Below, one piece after another: positions 43,561 through 52,074 of a stretch of DNA of 64,000 nucleotides. The DNA is from a virus: the IMG/VR virus record IMGVR_UViG_3300037869_000009, positions 10,094 to 74,093 of that record; one strand, given 5' to 3'. A program made the position numbers and the translations under genes. How positions within the stretch are numbered: position 1 is the stretch's first letter; every line of letters begins with the position of its first letter. Below the pieces are notes generated by a model. It saw only the letters and a list, made by a program, of their open reading frames with translations. It did no database searches and was not told the DNA's origin.

Positions 43561-46257
43561 TCAGCCAAGAACTTGGACCCCGATACGGGCAGCGGTACGG
43601 CCCCCAATCAAGAGGTGGTGAAGCTTGCGGCCCACCTCCCGTGCAATCCACGAAGCCATCAGACGATCGCCTGTATGGGCTTCAGGAGTGTAGTCCAACA
43701 TTTCAGCGTGCCACTCTTCGAAGTCTTCGCAGACGTTCTGTTCCACGATACCCCGGAACACCGTGGGCATGATCCAGCGGGCCGCTTCCATCTCCGCTGC
43801 CATGGACGCCACCCCGAATCTGGGGTCCGCCTTCTGAGCCCCCGTGGTGAATGGGATCACGGGCACCACCGCTGTCATCGCTTCGCGTGCCAACTCCACG
43901 ATGTGCTGCTGGACACCATTGTTCTCGACAGCCACGAACCCCTTGAAACGAACGCCGTGGCTAACGACGCGTTCCAGCAACTCCGTGGCGCCCCACCTCC
44001 CGGACTCCAGCCACAACGGTTGACGGGTCCCATCGGGGTGAATGAACAACGTGAAGATCGACGTGTTGGCACCGGTCACCCTGCGGGAGCCGATGTCCAC
44101 AGCACTGATGACCACGCATCGTTCCGGTACGAACTCGAGTTCAGCAACGGGACCCACCCCTTTGCCACGTGCCTTGCATGACGTAATGAATGCAGGCTTG
44201 AAGATGAGATCACCTTCATCCCTGGGTTCGCACATAAAAACACGTGCGAACTCCAGTGAACCCGATACTTTTTCGAACTCTTTGATCCGCGATTCGGGCC
44301 AACGCTGTGGCCACGCAGACTTCATCACAACACGCTTGTTGCCCTGCGCATCCGTGATCTCACGCGCCAACCTGATGGGGCGCTTGATCATGTGCCAACC
44401 GCGTTCCTTTGTGAGCTCGTTTGCGAGATCCCGGGGGTGCCATGCGTTGGTGCAAAACGCGACCATGGCATTGGTCGTGGTGCGAGGTAACACCGTGGTG
44501 CGAAACCACTTCGATGCCTTACGGCGCTGGACTTCGGTGTCCGTGATCTCTCCGTTCAAGAGATCGTCCACGATCAAGAGATCGACACGTGCACCAACCA
44601 CGTTGCTACTATTGTAACCAACCGCCGTAATCGATGCTTCTTTGGCAAAAGTGAGACGCTGGACTGTAATGCTAACGTCCTGCCAGACGTCGCCACGCCT
44701 GAGATCCGGGAACACGTGGTGCAGTTCTTCAGACGTCTCTATGTACTTTTTGATAGCACTAAGAGTGTTGCGTGCCTTCTCCTGGCTATGGTTCAGGATC
44801 ATCACGCGTAGATTGGGATTGCGTCCGAGCTCCCACAGCACACGCCCGATCGCCAGCTGATTAGTGTTGTGCGTAACGGTGTAGTGGCGCCCCGCCAGAT
44901 AGGTATGATCGTCGGAGTCCACCGCGATGCACCGTGCTGGTTCGGTAGGAATCCTGCGGATGGCAGCGACAGCCTTCCAGCGCTGCTTCCCACCAACACG
45001 ATCCGCATCACCCAGCTTCTGGCGATCCAACTTGCGCCGTAGCTTGAAGACAGGTTCACGCGCCGTGAACGTGATGCGGTACCGCTTCCCCACCACGCGC
45101 CCATCCAACACAGCGTCCGATGCCACCATCGAAGCCTTGAACCCCAATGACCTGATCAACTCCAACGCGCCGGTGGCCAGCTGTTCATTGCAGACACAGA
45201 GTTCAACCCTGGAACTGCCACCCGATGACCCATTGCTGATGGAACCATCGGTGTCCAGCAGGCCGGCTAGCAGCTCCCTACGGTCAGCCTCAGCAGCCCG
45301 CAGGTATTGGGCCGGGATGCATTTGCGACCCTTCCCGAGCACACCCAGCAAGCGCAACCTGCGCCTGGTGCGGCCCCACTGATCACCCAGCGTTCCCTGT
45401 CTGATGTGACTGCGCCCACTGTCGGCATGGTCTGGCCTACCACCGACCAACGAAATGCAACGATCCCAGATGAAGCGATCCGATTCCGCGAACACCAACG
45501 CTGCGCTATTGGAAATACCATCACCCAACCAGGCGCCCAACACATAGGGATGAATCGGCAACCGGTGCCGGGCATGCTGCACCGGTCCACACACCGGAAC
45601 GCGCCACCGAAACCGATCGTCACTTTCCCGTAACCCGGTATCCAGCATGTGCTGAGTAGTCACAATCCGAGCCCCGGCCCTACCTCCACCGCGTGAACTC
45701 GACAGCTTGGCGAGCCACTGGTGTTCGGCATCAGCAAGCAACGTGGCGCCGTCTTCAAAGACCACTTCAAACATGTCGCCCAACGCCACCGGTGATGCAT
45801 AGGTGACATTACAGGGGAACCCATCGCCACCGAAGACCCTGTCACCAGCGCGCAGGGCCCCCATGGTCCGCCACCCATCTGGTGTCGGGATCTCGGTATG
45901 CACAGCCAGACGCTTCCCGGACTCCGGATGCGCAAGCACCACAATCTTACGATGCTTCGTCAGCGCTGCCTGGATCTCGACATGAAACGGCAACTGTTCG
46001 ATGGGTTTCCGTGTCTCTTCGTCGCGCAACACGTATTCACAAAACGCGTTGACGTTTTCACGACAACGCTGGAACACCAGGGCCCTGGCTTCAAGGGCCC
46101 TGGCCTGCAACTCCACGGGGTCCAGGTCAGTTGAGATTGCTTCGAGTGCTCCCGATCCCAGGTGCGAGTTCTGCAGGATCGTCGGGTTCAGGTGGTTCTG
46201 ATTCGCTGCTGGAATCTGAAAGTGCTCTGACTTCAACCGGCCCGCTTTGACTCTCAT
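43561..46257 (-). CDS. terL: Terminase large subunit with intein
   Basis: Walker A AHPESGK|T split by intein; Walker B LLIVDD; motif III FCTNAWHP.DL; nuclease SAVD.G, VENNG, HTGD..MA; ATG 46257 preferred. Confidence 0.9.
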   Translation of the reverse strand: MRVKAGRLKSEHFQIPAANQNHLNPTILQNSHLGSGALEAISTDLDPVELQARALEARALVFQRCRENVNAFCEYVLRDEETRKPIEQLPFHVEIQAALTKHRKIVVLAHPESGKRLAVHTEIPTPDGWRTMGALRAGDRVFGGDGFPCNVTYASPVALGDMFEVVFEDGATLLADAEHQWLAKLSSSRGGGRAGARIVTTQHMLDTGLRESDDRFRWRVPVCGPVQHARHRLPIHPYVLGAWLGDGISNSAALVFAESDRFIWDRCISLVGGRPDHADSGRSHIRQGTLGDQWGRTRRRLRLLGVLGKGRKCIPAQYLRAAEADRRELLAGLLDTDGSISNGSSGGSSRVELCVCNEQLATGALELIRSLGFKASMVASDAVLDGRVVGKRYRITFTAREPVFKLRRKLDRQKLGDADRVGGKQRWKAVAAIRRIPTEPARCIAVDSDDHTYLAGRHYTVTHNTNQLAIGRVLWELGRNPNLRVMILNHSQEKARNTLSAIKKYIETSEELHHVFPDLRRGDVWQDVSITVQRLTFAKEASITAVGYNSSNVVGARVDLLIVDDLLNGEITDTEVQRRKASKWFRTTVLPRTTTNAMVAFCTNAWHPRDLANELTKERGWHMIKRPIRLAREITDAQGNKRVVMKSAWPQRWPESRIKEFEKVSGSLEFARVFMCEPRDEGDLIFKPAFITSCKARGKGVGPVAELEFVPERCVVISAVDIGSRRVTGANTSIFTLFIHPDGTRQPLWLESGRWGATELLERVVSHGVRFKGFVAVENNGVQQHIVELAREAMTAVVPVIPFTTGAQKADPRFGVASMAAEMEAARWIMPTVFRGIVEQNVCEDFEEWHAEMLDYTPEAHTGDRLMASWIAREVGRKLHHLLIGGRTAARIGVQVLG
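44866..45912 (-). mobile_element. Intein (349 aa) with LAGLIDADG homing endonuclease, class-3 signature
   Basis: Starts R-LAVHTEIPTPDGW, block B ADAEHQW, PYVLGAWLGDG, ELLAGLLDTDGS, block F RCIAVDS.DH.YLAG, ends VTHN|T. Confidence 0.9.
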
Positions 46258-47086
46258 CTGACACACCCCATCGACGCAGCATGCCAACACCCAACTGAAG
46301 CCACTTCGCAGCGTGCTCCGGTGACAGCGCCCCACCCGTTGCGCCTTCCACATCGTCATCGCCCACGGGGTGCCCCATGGCCAAGCGTTCGGCCTGCAGC
46401 GCCATCTTGCTGGCTTCGGTGCCAAGCTTCGTCAGCACCGCCAGCTTCTGCATGAAGCTGATTCCTTCCTTCAGGGTCAGGTCCGTGGACTCGTCTTCCA
46501 GCAACTTGCGAAGCCTGGGCATCAGGGCCTTTGCCCCGGCCAGCAGTTCGCCAGTGACGTCCGCCAACTCCGTAGCGTTCCGACGTGCCCGCTTGATAAG
46601 CTTGCCCTCTTCGGATCGTGTAAGCGCTGCATCGCGCTGCGATGCCTTACGCGTCTTTTCGCGCTCCACCATCAACGCCATGTTGCGTTGCGTACTGGCT
46701 TCAGGTGTCGCGAGTTCAGCCGCTGTAGGAATCGGTGGTTCTGCCACGACTTCGGCACCACGTACTGCAGCTTCTTCAGCTTCGGCCCGCATCTTCCGGG
46801 CCAGCACCTTGTCCGCTTCCAGGAGTTCGGACACCGGGGGGCGCCCCTGTCGTGGCCAACCCTTGTTCCATGCGATGCTGGCCCGGTTCCTGGGGCACCC
46901 CATCAAGGCAGCGACTTTGACGATCTGACCGGGATGCTTGCGGTAGGTTTCGATCCAGCGTTCCCACTCCGCATCACTGACCCGCTTTGGGATACCTGCG
47001 GTGGGTGACCGGAAGCCCCCACGCAACGGCTTCGGTTTTTCTTCGTCCACGGACCCGAGTTTGCGACGCGTTGCAGGCCCTGTCAC
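46127..47086 (-). CDS. Probable terminase small subunit
   Basis: N-terminal HTH-like region (W..G.W) and helical body directly upstream of terL. Confidence 0.6.
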   Translation of the reverse strand: MTGPATRRKLGSVDEEKPKPLRGGFRSPTAGIPKRVSDAEWERWIETYRKHPGQIVKVAALMGCPRNRASIAWNKGWPRQGRPPVSELLEADKVLARKMRAEAEEAAVRGAEVVAEPPIPTAAELATPEASTQRNMALMVEREKTRKASQRDAALTRSEEGKLIKRARRNATELADVTGELLAGAKALMPRLRKLLEDESTDLTLKEGISFMQKLAVLTKLGTEASKMALQAERLAMGHPVGDDDVEGATGGALSPEHAAKWLQLGVGMLRRWGVSDESQSGPVEVRALSDSSSESEPPEPDDPAELAPGIGSTRSNLN

Positions 47087-47418
47087 TTCCGTGGCGGTGA
47101 CGTGGTCCTAGTCCGGGGCCTGACTGAGCTCCGGTTCTCCGCGGGCATCTGGACCCCGGGCACGGGCTTAGACGGCCCTACAGACGGTTGCTCCGGTGCC
47201 GGGGGAACAATGCTTTCGATAAATGCACGTCCCAGTTCCTGTGACATCTGGCGCACTTCGTGGGTTTCCTGGTTGTCCGCAGTGGCCTTTGCAAGGGCGG
47301 CTGCAATGCGTTCCCCAGCCCACATAATCGAAATCGCGATAGCCCGGGTATTGGTGCCACAGCCCTTTGTGACCTGCTGCACCATCGTTTGGAATGTGGG
47401 CAACTTGGGGGTCGTCAT
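47083..47418 (-). CDS. Hypothetical protein
   Basis: 111 aa, coupled. Confidence 0.6.
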   Translation of the reverse strand: MTTPKLPTFQTMVQQVTKGCGTNTRAIAISIMWAGERIAAALAKATADNQETHEVRQMSQELGRAFIESIVPPAPEQPSVGPSKPVPGVQMPAENRSSVRPRTRTTSPPRK

Positions 47419-47423
47419 GCGTT

Positions 47424-48446
47424 CTACCTACCCCCACCGATACGCGCAATCGCAAGTTCGCAGTACGCAGAATTCAATTCACAACCAAACCACTGACGTC
47501 CGAGCTGTTCAGCAACTAAGCCGGTAGTACCTGAACCAAAAAACGGATCAAGTACGGCACCGCCACGGGGAGCACCCGCGAGTATGCAGCGCTCCACCAA
47601 CTTGGGTGGCATCGTTGCGAAATGCGCACCCTTGTACGGCTGCGGTGTAACCGTCCAGACGGTGCGCACGTTGCGCGATTCTTTGTTACCTACCGCGTTT
47701 GTCGCAAGCCTGCGCGATGCAGATGTACCGGAACCGAACTTGAATGCAGCGTCTTCGTAGTCGCGACATTTTGGGATTCCGACACACGCATCTTTCATGG
47801 TTGACACGGACACCGGCTCCCGCACAGCGTCCGAATCAAAATAGTACCGAGCATTCTTCGCCAGCAAAAACACGTATTCGTGCGCTTTAGTTGGTCGATC
47901 CCGACAACTCTCCGGCATCGGGTTGGGCTTGTGCCAAATGATATCGCTGCGCAGGTACCAGCCATCCGCTTGCAATGCGAACGCGACTCGCCACGGGATG
48001 CCAATCAAATCCTTGGGCTTGCAACCAACGGATAGCTCAATGCGCCGCGGCTCAAACCGAGCGCGCCCATTGGCACGCGCCGCTGCTGCGATCCTAGTCA
48101 CTTCATCCGTTGGATGACCCAACCTAGTGGAAGACGGCCCCCCGCCACTCCCCTTCGTTGTACTGGCGTAGGAGTCACCCAGGTTGAGAAACAGCGTGCC
48201 GTCGTCGCGCAGCACGCGCCTCACCTCGCGAAAGACATCGACAAGCTTCGCCACATATTCATCAGGGCTGCGCTCCAATCCAATCTGTTCCGTATGACCA
48301 TAATCGCGTAGGCCAAAATACGGTGGACTTGTCACGCAACAAGCAAAAGTCTGTGCGGGCAACGTCAACAAAGTGTTGCGACAATCGCCTACCACGCACC
48401 GGTTTAGTCCGAAGTGAGCGAACAGATTTTTTGCAGCAATCCGCAC
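47424..48446 (-). CDS. Solitary N4-C/N6-A DNA methyltransferase (beta class)
   Basis: VTSPPY (motif IV) before VLDPFFGSGTT (motif I); IIWHKPNPMPES..DR. Confidence 0.92.
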   Translation of the reverse strand: MRIAAKNLFAHFGLNRCVVGDCRNTLLTLPAQTFACCVTSPPYFGLRDYGHTEQIGLERSPDEYVAKLVDVFREVRRVLRDDGTLFLNLGDSYASTTKGSGGGPSSTRLGHPTDEVTRIAAAARANGRARFEPRRIELSVGCKPKDLIGIPWRVAFALQADGWYLRSDIIWHKPNPMPESCRDRPTKAHEYVFLLAKNARYYFDSDAVREPVSVSTMKDACVGIPKCRDYEDAAFKFGSGTSASRRLATNAVGNKESRNVRTVWTVTPQPYKGAHFATMPPKLVERCILAGAPRGGAVLDPFFGSGTTGLVAEQLGRQWFGCELNSAYCELAIARIGGGR

Positions 48447-48488
48447 CCATCACCTCTTCGGCCGCATGAACCTTACACAACGCATACA

Positions 48489-48857
48489 TCAAGGGTACGT
48501 CATAGGCGCCGCTAACCCGTGCTGCAGCAACTCTTCATTCAGGGAAATGCCTTGCCCATCAGGCGCCCACACTTCGACAAGCCATCGCCCGTATTTTTCT
48601 TTGAGCTTGGCCTTGTAGCTGCGCAACAACATCTGGCCGGCGCGGGCATCAAACCAGCGCTGCACAAATGCAGTGGCAGCCTGGCCCTGCAACCGCATCG
48701 CTCCAACCACTTCGGGAGTATTGACCCCAAGCAACCGGACCCGTGTAACGGCCCGCACTTCGAATCCAAGATCAATATCAAGATCGAAGGTGTCACCATC
48801 AACAACCCTGCGCAGGCTTGCGCGGTAGTCATAGGCTGGACCATGGGGCGTTGTCAT
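48489..48857 (-). CDS. Thermonuclease (SNase-like)
   Basis: RVVDGDT.D..IDLGF...RVRL.GVNTPE...KYGRWL. Confidence 0.85.
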   Translation of the reverse strand: MTTPHGPAYDYRASLRRVVDGDTFDLDIDLGFEVRAVTRVRLLGVNTPEVVGAMRLQGQAATAFVQRWFDARAGQMLLRSYKAKLKEKYGRWLVEVWAPDGQGISLNEELLQHGLAAPMTYP

Positions 48858-48863
48858 TGAATA

Positions 48864-49514
48864 TCACCTTTTGCGAAGTGGAAACCTGACTGCATCGGAC
48901 TTCAATCGGATCACGTTGTATCCCATGAGGTGTTCCAAAGACGCACCGAAGTCATGAGGATCAAAGGTCCGATAGTCCGCAGGTTCGGTGCCGATGCGCA
49001 ACACCAGGTGAAGCACTGCCAACAGTTCCCGATTCGGAATCGATGGAACCGCCGTCATGGGCTGTCCGCTACAGCGCCCTTCCAGGAAGGGGTAGCGGTC
49101 CGGTGCAAAGAAGTTGCCCCCGTAGCCCGGGAGCTGCACCCCGTTACCCTCCGCACCCCCATGCAAGGCACGCCACAGGTGGACCAGGTACCAATACCCA
49201 TCGGACCCACCCCCAGGGCAATCGAGCTCCAATCGACGGGCCAGCGTATGCAGTCCGAAGCGCAACCGGTAACCCCGGTTCCGAACCGGGAACAGGTCCC
49301 GGGCTTCCGCCAACGCCACGAAGACGATGCGAAGCAGTAGCGTGCGCAACCCATCCGTGACTTCGCCACTGGCCACAGCAGCATCCAGCGCGGTGCGCCC
49401 ATCGCGATCGGCTGCTTCATCAAAGCTGCGGACCAGCAGTTCCAAGGCTTCCAACAACTGACCTTGCCAACGGCGCATCGTGGCGTGGTCCCAGCCGCTG
49501 TCAGGCGCGTTCAT
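48864..49514 (-). CDS. Isolated N-terminal domain of an Eco57I/type IIG- or DISARM DrmMI-like methylase (no catalytic motifs)
   Basis: GL.TLLLRIVF...AEAR.L.P, L..L.R..HGG, LPGYGG.FF.PDRYPFLEGR, Y..FD...FG..LE.L; stops before any SAM-binding or NPPY motif. Confidence 0.65.
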   Translation of the reverse strand: MNAPDSGWDHATMRRWQGQLLEALELLVRSFDEAADRDGRTALDAAVASGEVTDGLRTLLLRIVFVALAEARDLFPVRNRGYRLRFGLHTLARRLELDCPGGGSDGYWYLVHLWRALHGGAEGNGVQLPGYGGNFFAPDRYPFLEGRCSGQPMTAVPSIPNRELLAVLHLVLRIGTEPADYRTFDPHDFGASLEHLMGYNVIRLKSDAVRFPLRKR

Positions 49515-50316
49515 CACGGACCCGTTTGTATCGACAGCCCCGGCACGATAACACCTTGCCAGCAGCAAGGTGCCCAGCAGCGATCAACCGTTCGCGCCCA
49601 CACCTGCAGCGGCAACGGTAACCGTGACGGGGCTTCTTTCCGAACCGCACTGCGCAAACCACGATCCAGAACCCAACCTGTGTACCGGTGGCGATGTTGA
49701 TCTGTTTGCGGGGTCCGATCCCTCTTGCGCGCCGCTCCCGCATTCTCTGCACCCGACGTGCTTCTACAGGGGTAGTCCCAAACTTGGCAGCCAATCGCTG
49801 TTCGGCCTGGGTGCGGCCAAACTTCAATCTACATGCGTCGGTGCAATGCACCGCGGCCCGCGTGCGAACCGGGCAGAACAACACTTCGCAGTTACGACAG
49901 CAACAAACCCAGCGATCAGAATCGCGCTCTGCCCGCTTCAACCGTGCATGTTGCCGTTGCGCAGAAGCACGGGCCTTGTGGGGATTGGATGCGCGCCAAT
50001 GCAACGCGTACTGCCTGAGCCATTCCCTACGATTCGCTAGACGTTCTTCAAGGACGATCTCCACATCGTGCTGACGATGGCTGTATTCCCTGAACTCTTC
50101 GTGGATCTCCGCACGAAGGTCACTCCAGCGCGTCCGCTGACTTCGGCCAACACGAGACACGTTCCGGAAGTCATCAACAACTTCGTCACGTACCGCGCCC
50201 CCGGGGCTGGGTGACGGTGGTAGTAGTACCCAACGCGCCTTGGGCCCGTAAACAAGTGCGCCATCTACCCAATGCCAGCCAGCGTCCCATGACGCACCTG
50301 CATGGGGTGCCGTCAT
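49501..50316 (-). CDS. Cys-rich putative DNA-binding protein (homing-endonuclease-type accessory domains)
   Basis: C..C...F.P......C...CR and G..VG.W.V......C.C.CG......L..G...SC.GC; no HNH core. Confidence 0.55.
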   Translation of the reverse strand: MTAPHAGASWDAGWHWVDGALVYGPKARWVLLPPSPSPGGAVRDEVVDDFRNVSRVGRSQRTRWSDLRAEIHEEFREYSHRQHDVEIVLEERLANRREWLRQYALHWRASNPHKARASAQRQHARLKRAERDSDRWVCCCRNCEVLFCPVRTRAAVHCTDACRLKFGRTQAEQRLAAKFGTTPVEARRVQRMRERRARGIGPRKQINIATGTQVGFWIVVCAVRFGKKPRHGYRCRCRCGRERLIAAGHLAAGKVLSCRGCRYKRVRDERA

Positions 50317-50783
50317 TCCGAGTCCTGAAGCGCAATGATCAAACCTCCATCTGGCTGCGGAGTGCACTTCAAAAACATCGGCACGGTCCGGGCTTTCTTC
50401 ACATTCTCCGCAGACACCACAACGGGTCCATCATGTTCAGCCAGCACCATCATCAGCATCGATAGTGCCGCTTGATTCGTGGCTTCGGCCCGGAACTGCG
50501 CCTTCTGCTTACGGGCCAACTTGGCTTCGCGAGCCCTGCGGTGCTTCCGGTTCACGGGCTGTTCAGACTGTCGCCCCGGGGCGACAGCTTGACGGGCCTG
50601 CTGTTCAAGGTCCCGGTACGCTGCCAAACTCATGAAGTCGCCACGGTCCGTGCACATTCCGACTTCGGGATTGCCGGGATCGCAGGGGTGCCACTCGCCC
50701 TTCACAAAGGACGGCACCACAGGGTTCGGCAACGCTGCCATGTCCCGCAACATCATCACGTGGTTTTCGGATTCAGATTGCAT
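50313..50783 (-). CDS. Hypothetical protein
   Basis: 156 aa; contains palindrome variant. Confidence 0.6.
   Translation of the reverse strand: MQSESENHVMMLRDMAALPNPVVPSFVKGEWHPCDPGNPEVGMCTDRGDFMSLAAYRDLEQQARQAVAPGRQSEQPVNRKHRRAREAKLARKQKAQFRAEATNQAALSMLMMVLAEHDGPVVVSAENVKKARTVPMFLKCTPQPDGGLIIALQDSE
50568..50587. repeat. Dispersed palindrome copy 7, compensatory variant (CTGTCGCCCCGGGGCGACAG)
   Basis: 20-bp perfect palindrome within a CDS; flanks changed symmetrically (T/A to C/G). Confidence 0.85.
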
Positions 50784-50789
50784 ATCCCC

Positions 50790-51149
50790 TCATTCACCGA
50801 TCCGTTCCAGCACCACGGTGGGTTGCCGACTCGCATAGGTACGCAGCACGTGGTCACGATTGAGATCCAATTCGCCGAACACCACCACCCGATCCCCGGG
50901 GCCCAGTAGCTGCAGCATTGCATCATCGCGGATGACCCGGGCTTGCGTGATGCGCTTCGACGCATTGGCCGGGGTATGGACCACAATCGGAACCAGACCG
51001 CTGCAGCGTGCCTGACGTACCGCTGCGGACTGTGCCCCGAAGGGGTCCCCATCCGTGATGACCCAGGTTCCCGCGGGAAGGGCCTGGACGTAGTCCCGGA
51101 CCCGCTGCTGGTCACTCCACGTCATCGAACCCAGAACCAGTACCTTCAC
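50790..51149 (-). CDS. Divergent second SLOG/DUF2493-like protein
   Basis: MKVLVLGSMTWSD...LP....VITDG...GA pattern. Confidence 0.55.
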   Translation of the reverse strand: MKVLVLGSMTWSDQQRVRDYVQALPAGTWVITDGDPFGAQSAAVRQARCSGLVPIVVHTPANASKRITQARVIRDDAMLQLLGPGDRVVVFGELDLNRDHVLRTYASRQPTVVLERIGE

Positions 51150-51499
51150 CGCTTGGCCTTGGCCTTCTTCGCGGTAAGCTTCGTACGCGTACGCGCCGCG
51201 CCGCGCTTCGACGCAACACCGTTCCCAGCCACTAGATAGCGCAGCTTCGACGCTTCACGCATCGATGTAACGTCGTGGGTCAATCGCGACACATCATGAA
51301 TCAGCTTTGCATTCTCGGACTCCAGGAACGCGACGCGTGCCACCATCACGTTCCACTCATCCACCACCGATACGCAGACCTTCCTTTGTACATCGGTCAT
51401 GTTGATAAGGTGATCCCGCATGAGATCGATCATGGGCCCCCCAGGTCTGTAATACACTTCGGTATCCAACTTCGGTGCCGTAAAAACGATTTGGTTCAT
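51146..51499 (-). CDS. Coiled-coil hypothetical protein
   Basis: ATG 51499, ATGA-coupled. Confidence 0.55.
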   Translation of the reverse strand: MNQIVFTAPKLDTEVYYRPGGPMIDLMRDHLINMTDVQRKVCVSVVDEWNVMVARVAFLESENAKLIHDVSRLTHDVTSMREASKLRYLVAGNGVASKRGAARTRTKLTAKKAKAKR

Positions 51500-52074
51500 G
51501 GTGATGTCCCTTCGAGTTCGTGCCCGTGTTGCAACCATCCCGACCTGACCCGACGCGCGAACAACTCGACATAGGGCCCACCAGGTAGCAGACGTTCCGC
51601 AATCTCATAGATGCGGTCAGGCTTCGAGCTGTGTTCCTGCACCGGTGCCTGGAACGATGACCTAACGCTGCGGTCCTGGACCTGGACGCGTCCCCTGGTC
51701 CCAATCAGACACACTTCGTGGCTGGCCCTAACGTAATGCCCCATTCCGATGTGTTGCTTCCCATGCTTCGTCAACTTCTCCCACACCACTTCGGACTTCA
51801 GCGTGAAGCCCCAGAACCGCATGACATCTAGCGCTTCCTGTTGCATCGCAGCAACGCGCCACAGCATCAACATGCAATCGTCAGCCAGTGGTGGCAGCGG
51901 GAACCGGACGATCTGATCCACCGTCATGCACGGATAGTGCTTCTCTGCGCCGCGTCCGGGACCCTGGACCTTGTCACTGAACTTCCACGGTGGGTCAGCC
52001 AGCAACACTTTCGCTGGGGACTGAGCGGGCCCGGCGCCGATCACGCTTGGCACGCTTGGCAGCGCGCTTAGCAT
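51496..52074 (-). CDS. MT-A70-family methyltransferase
   Basis: LLADPPW...HY.CMT...I...P....DC.L.LW...WGF..KS..VW.K...G.GHY.R..HE.CLIG.RG. Confidence 0.9.
   Translation of the reverse strand: MLSALPSVPSVIGAGPAQSPAKVLLADPPWKFSDKVQGPGRGAEKHYPCMTVDQIVRFPLPPLADDCMLMLWRVAAMQQEALDVMRFWGFTLKSEVVWEKLTKHGKQHIGMGHYVRASHEVCLIGTRGRVQVQDRSVRSSFQAPVQEHSSKPDRIYEIAERLLPGGPYVELFARRVRSGWLQHGHELEGTSP

Noticed and set aside
46258-46425. Track start of terL at 46425
   Set aside because: The extension is W/C-rich and overlaps the terS frame extensively; ATG 46257 is more plausible
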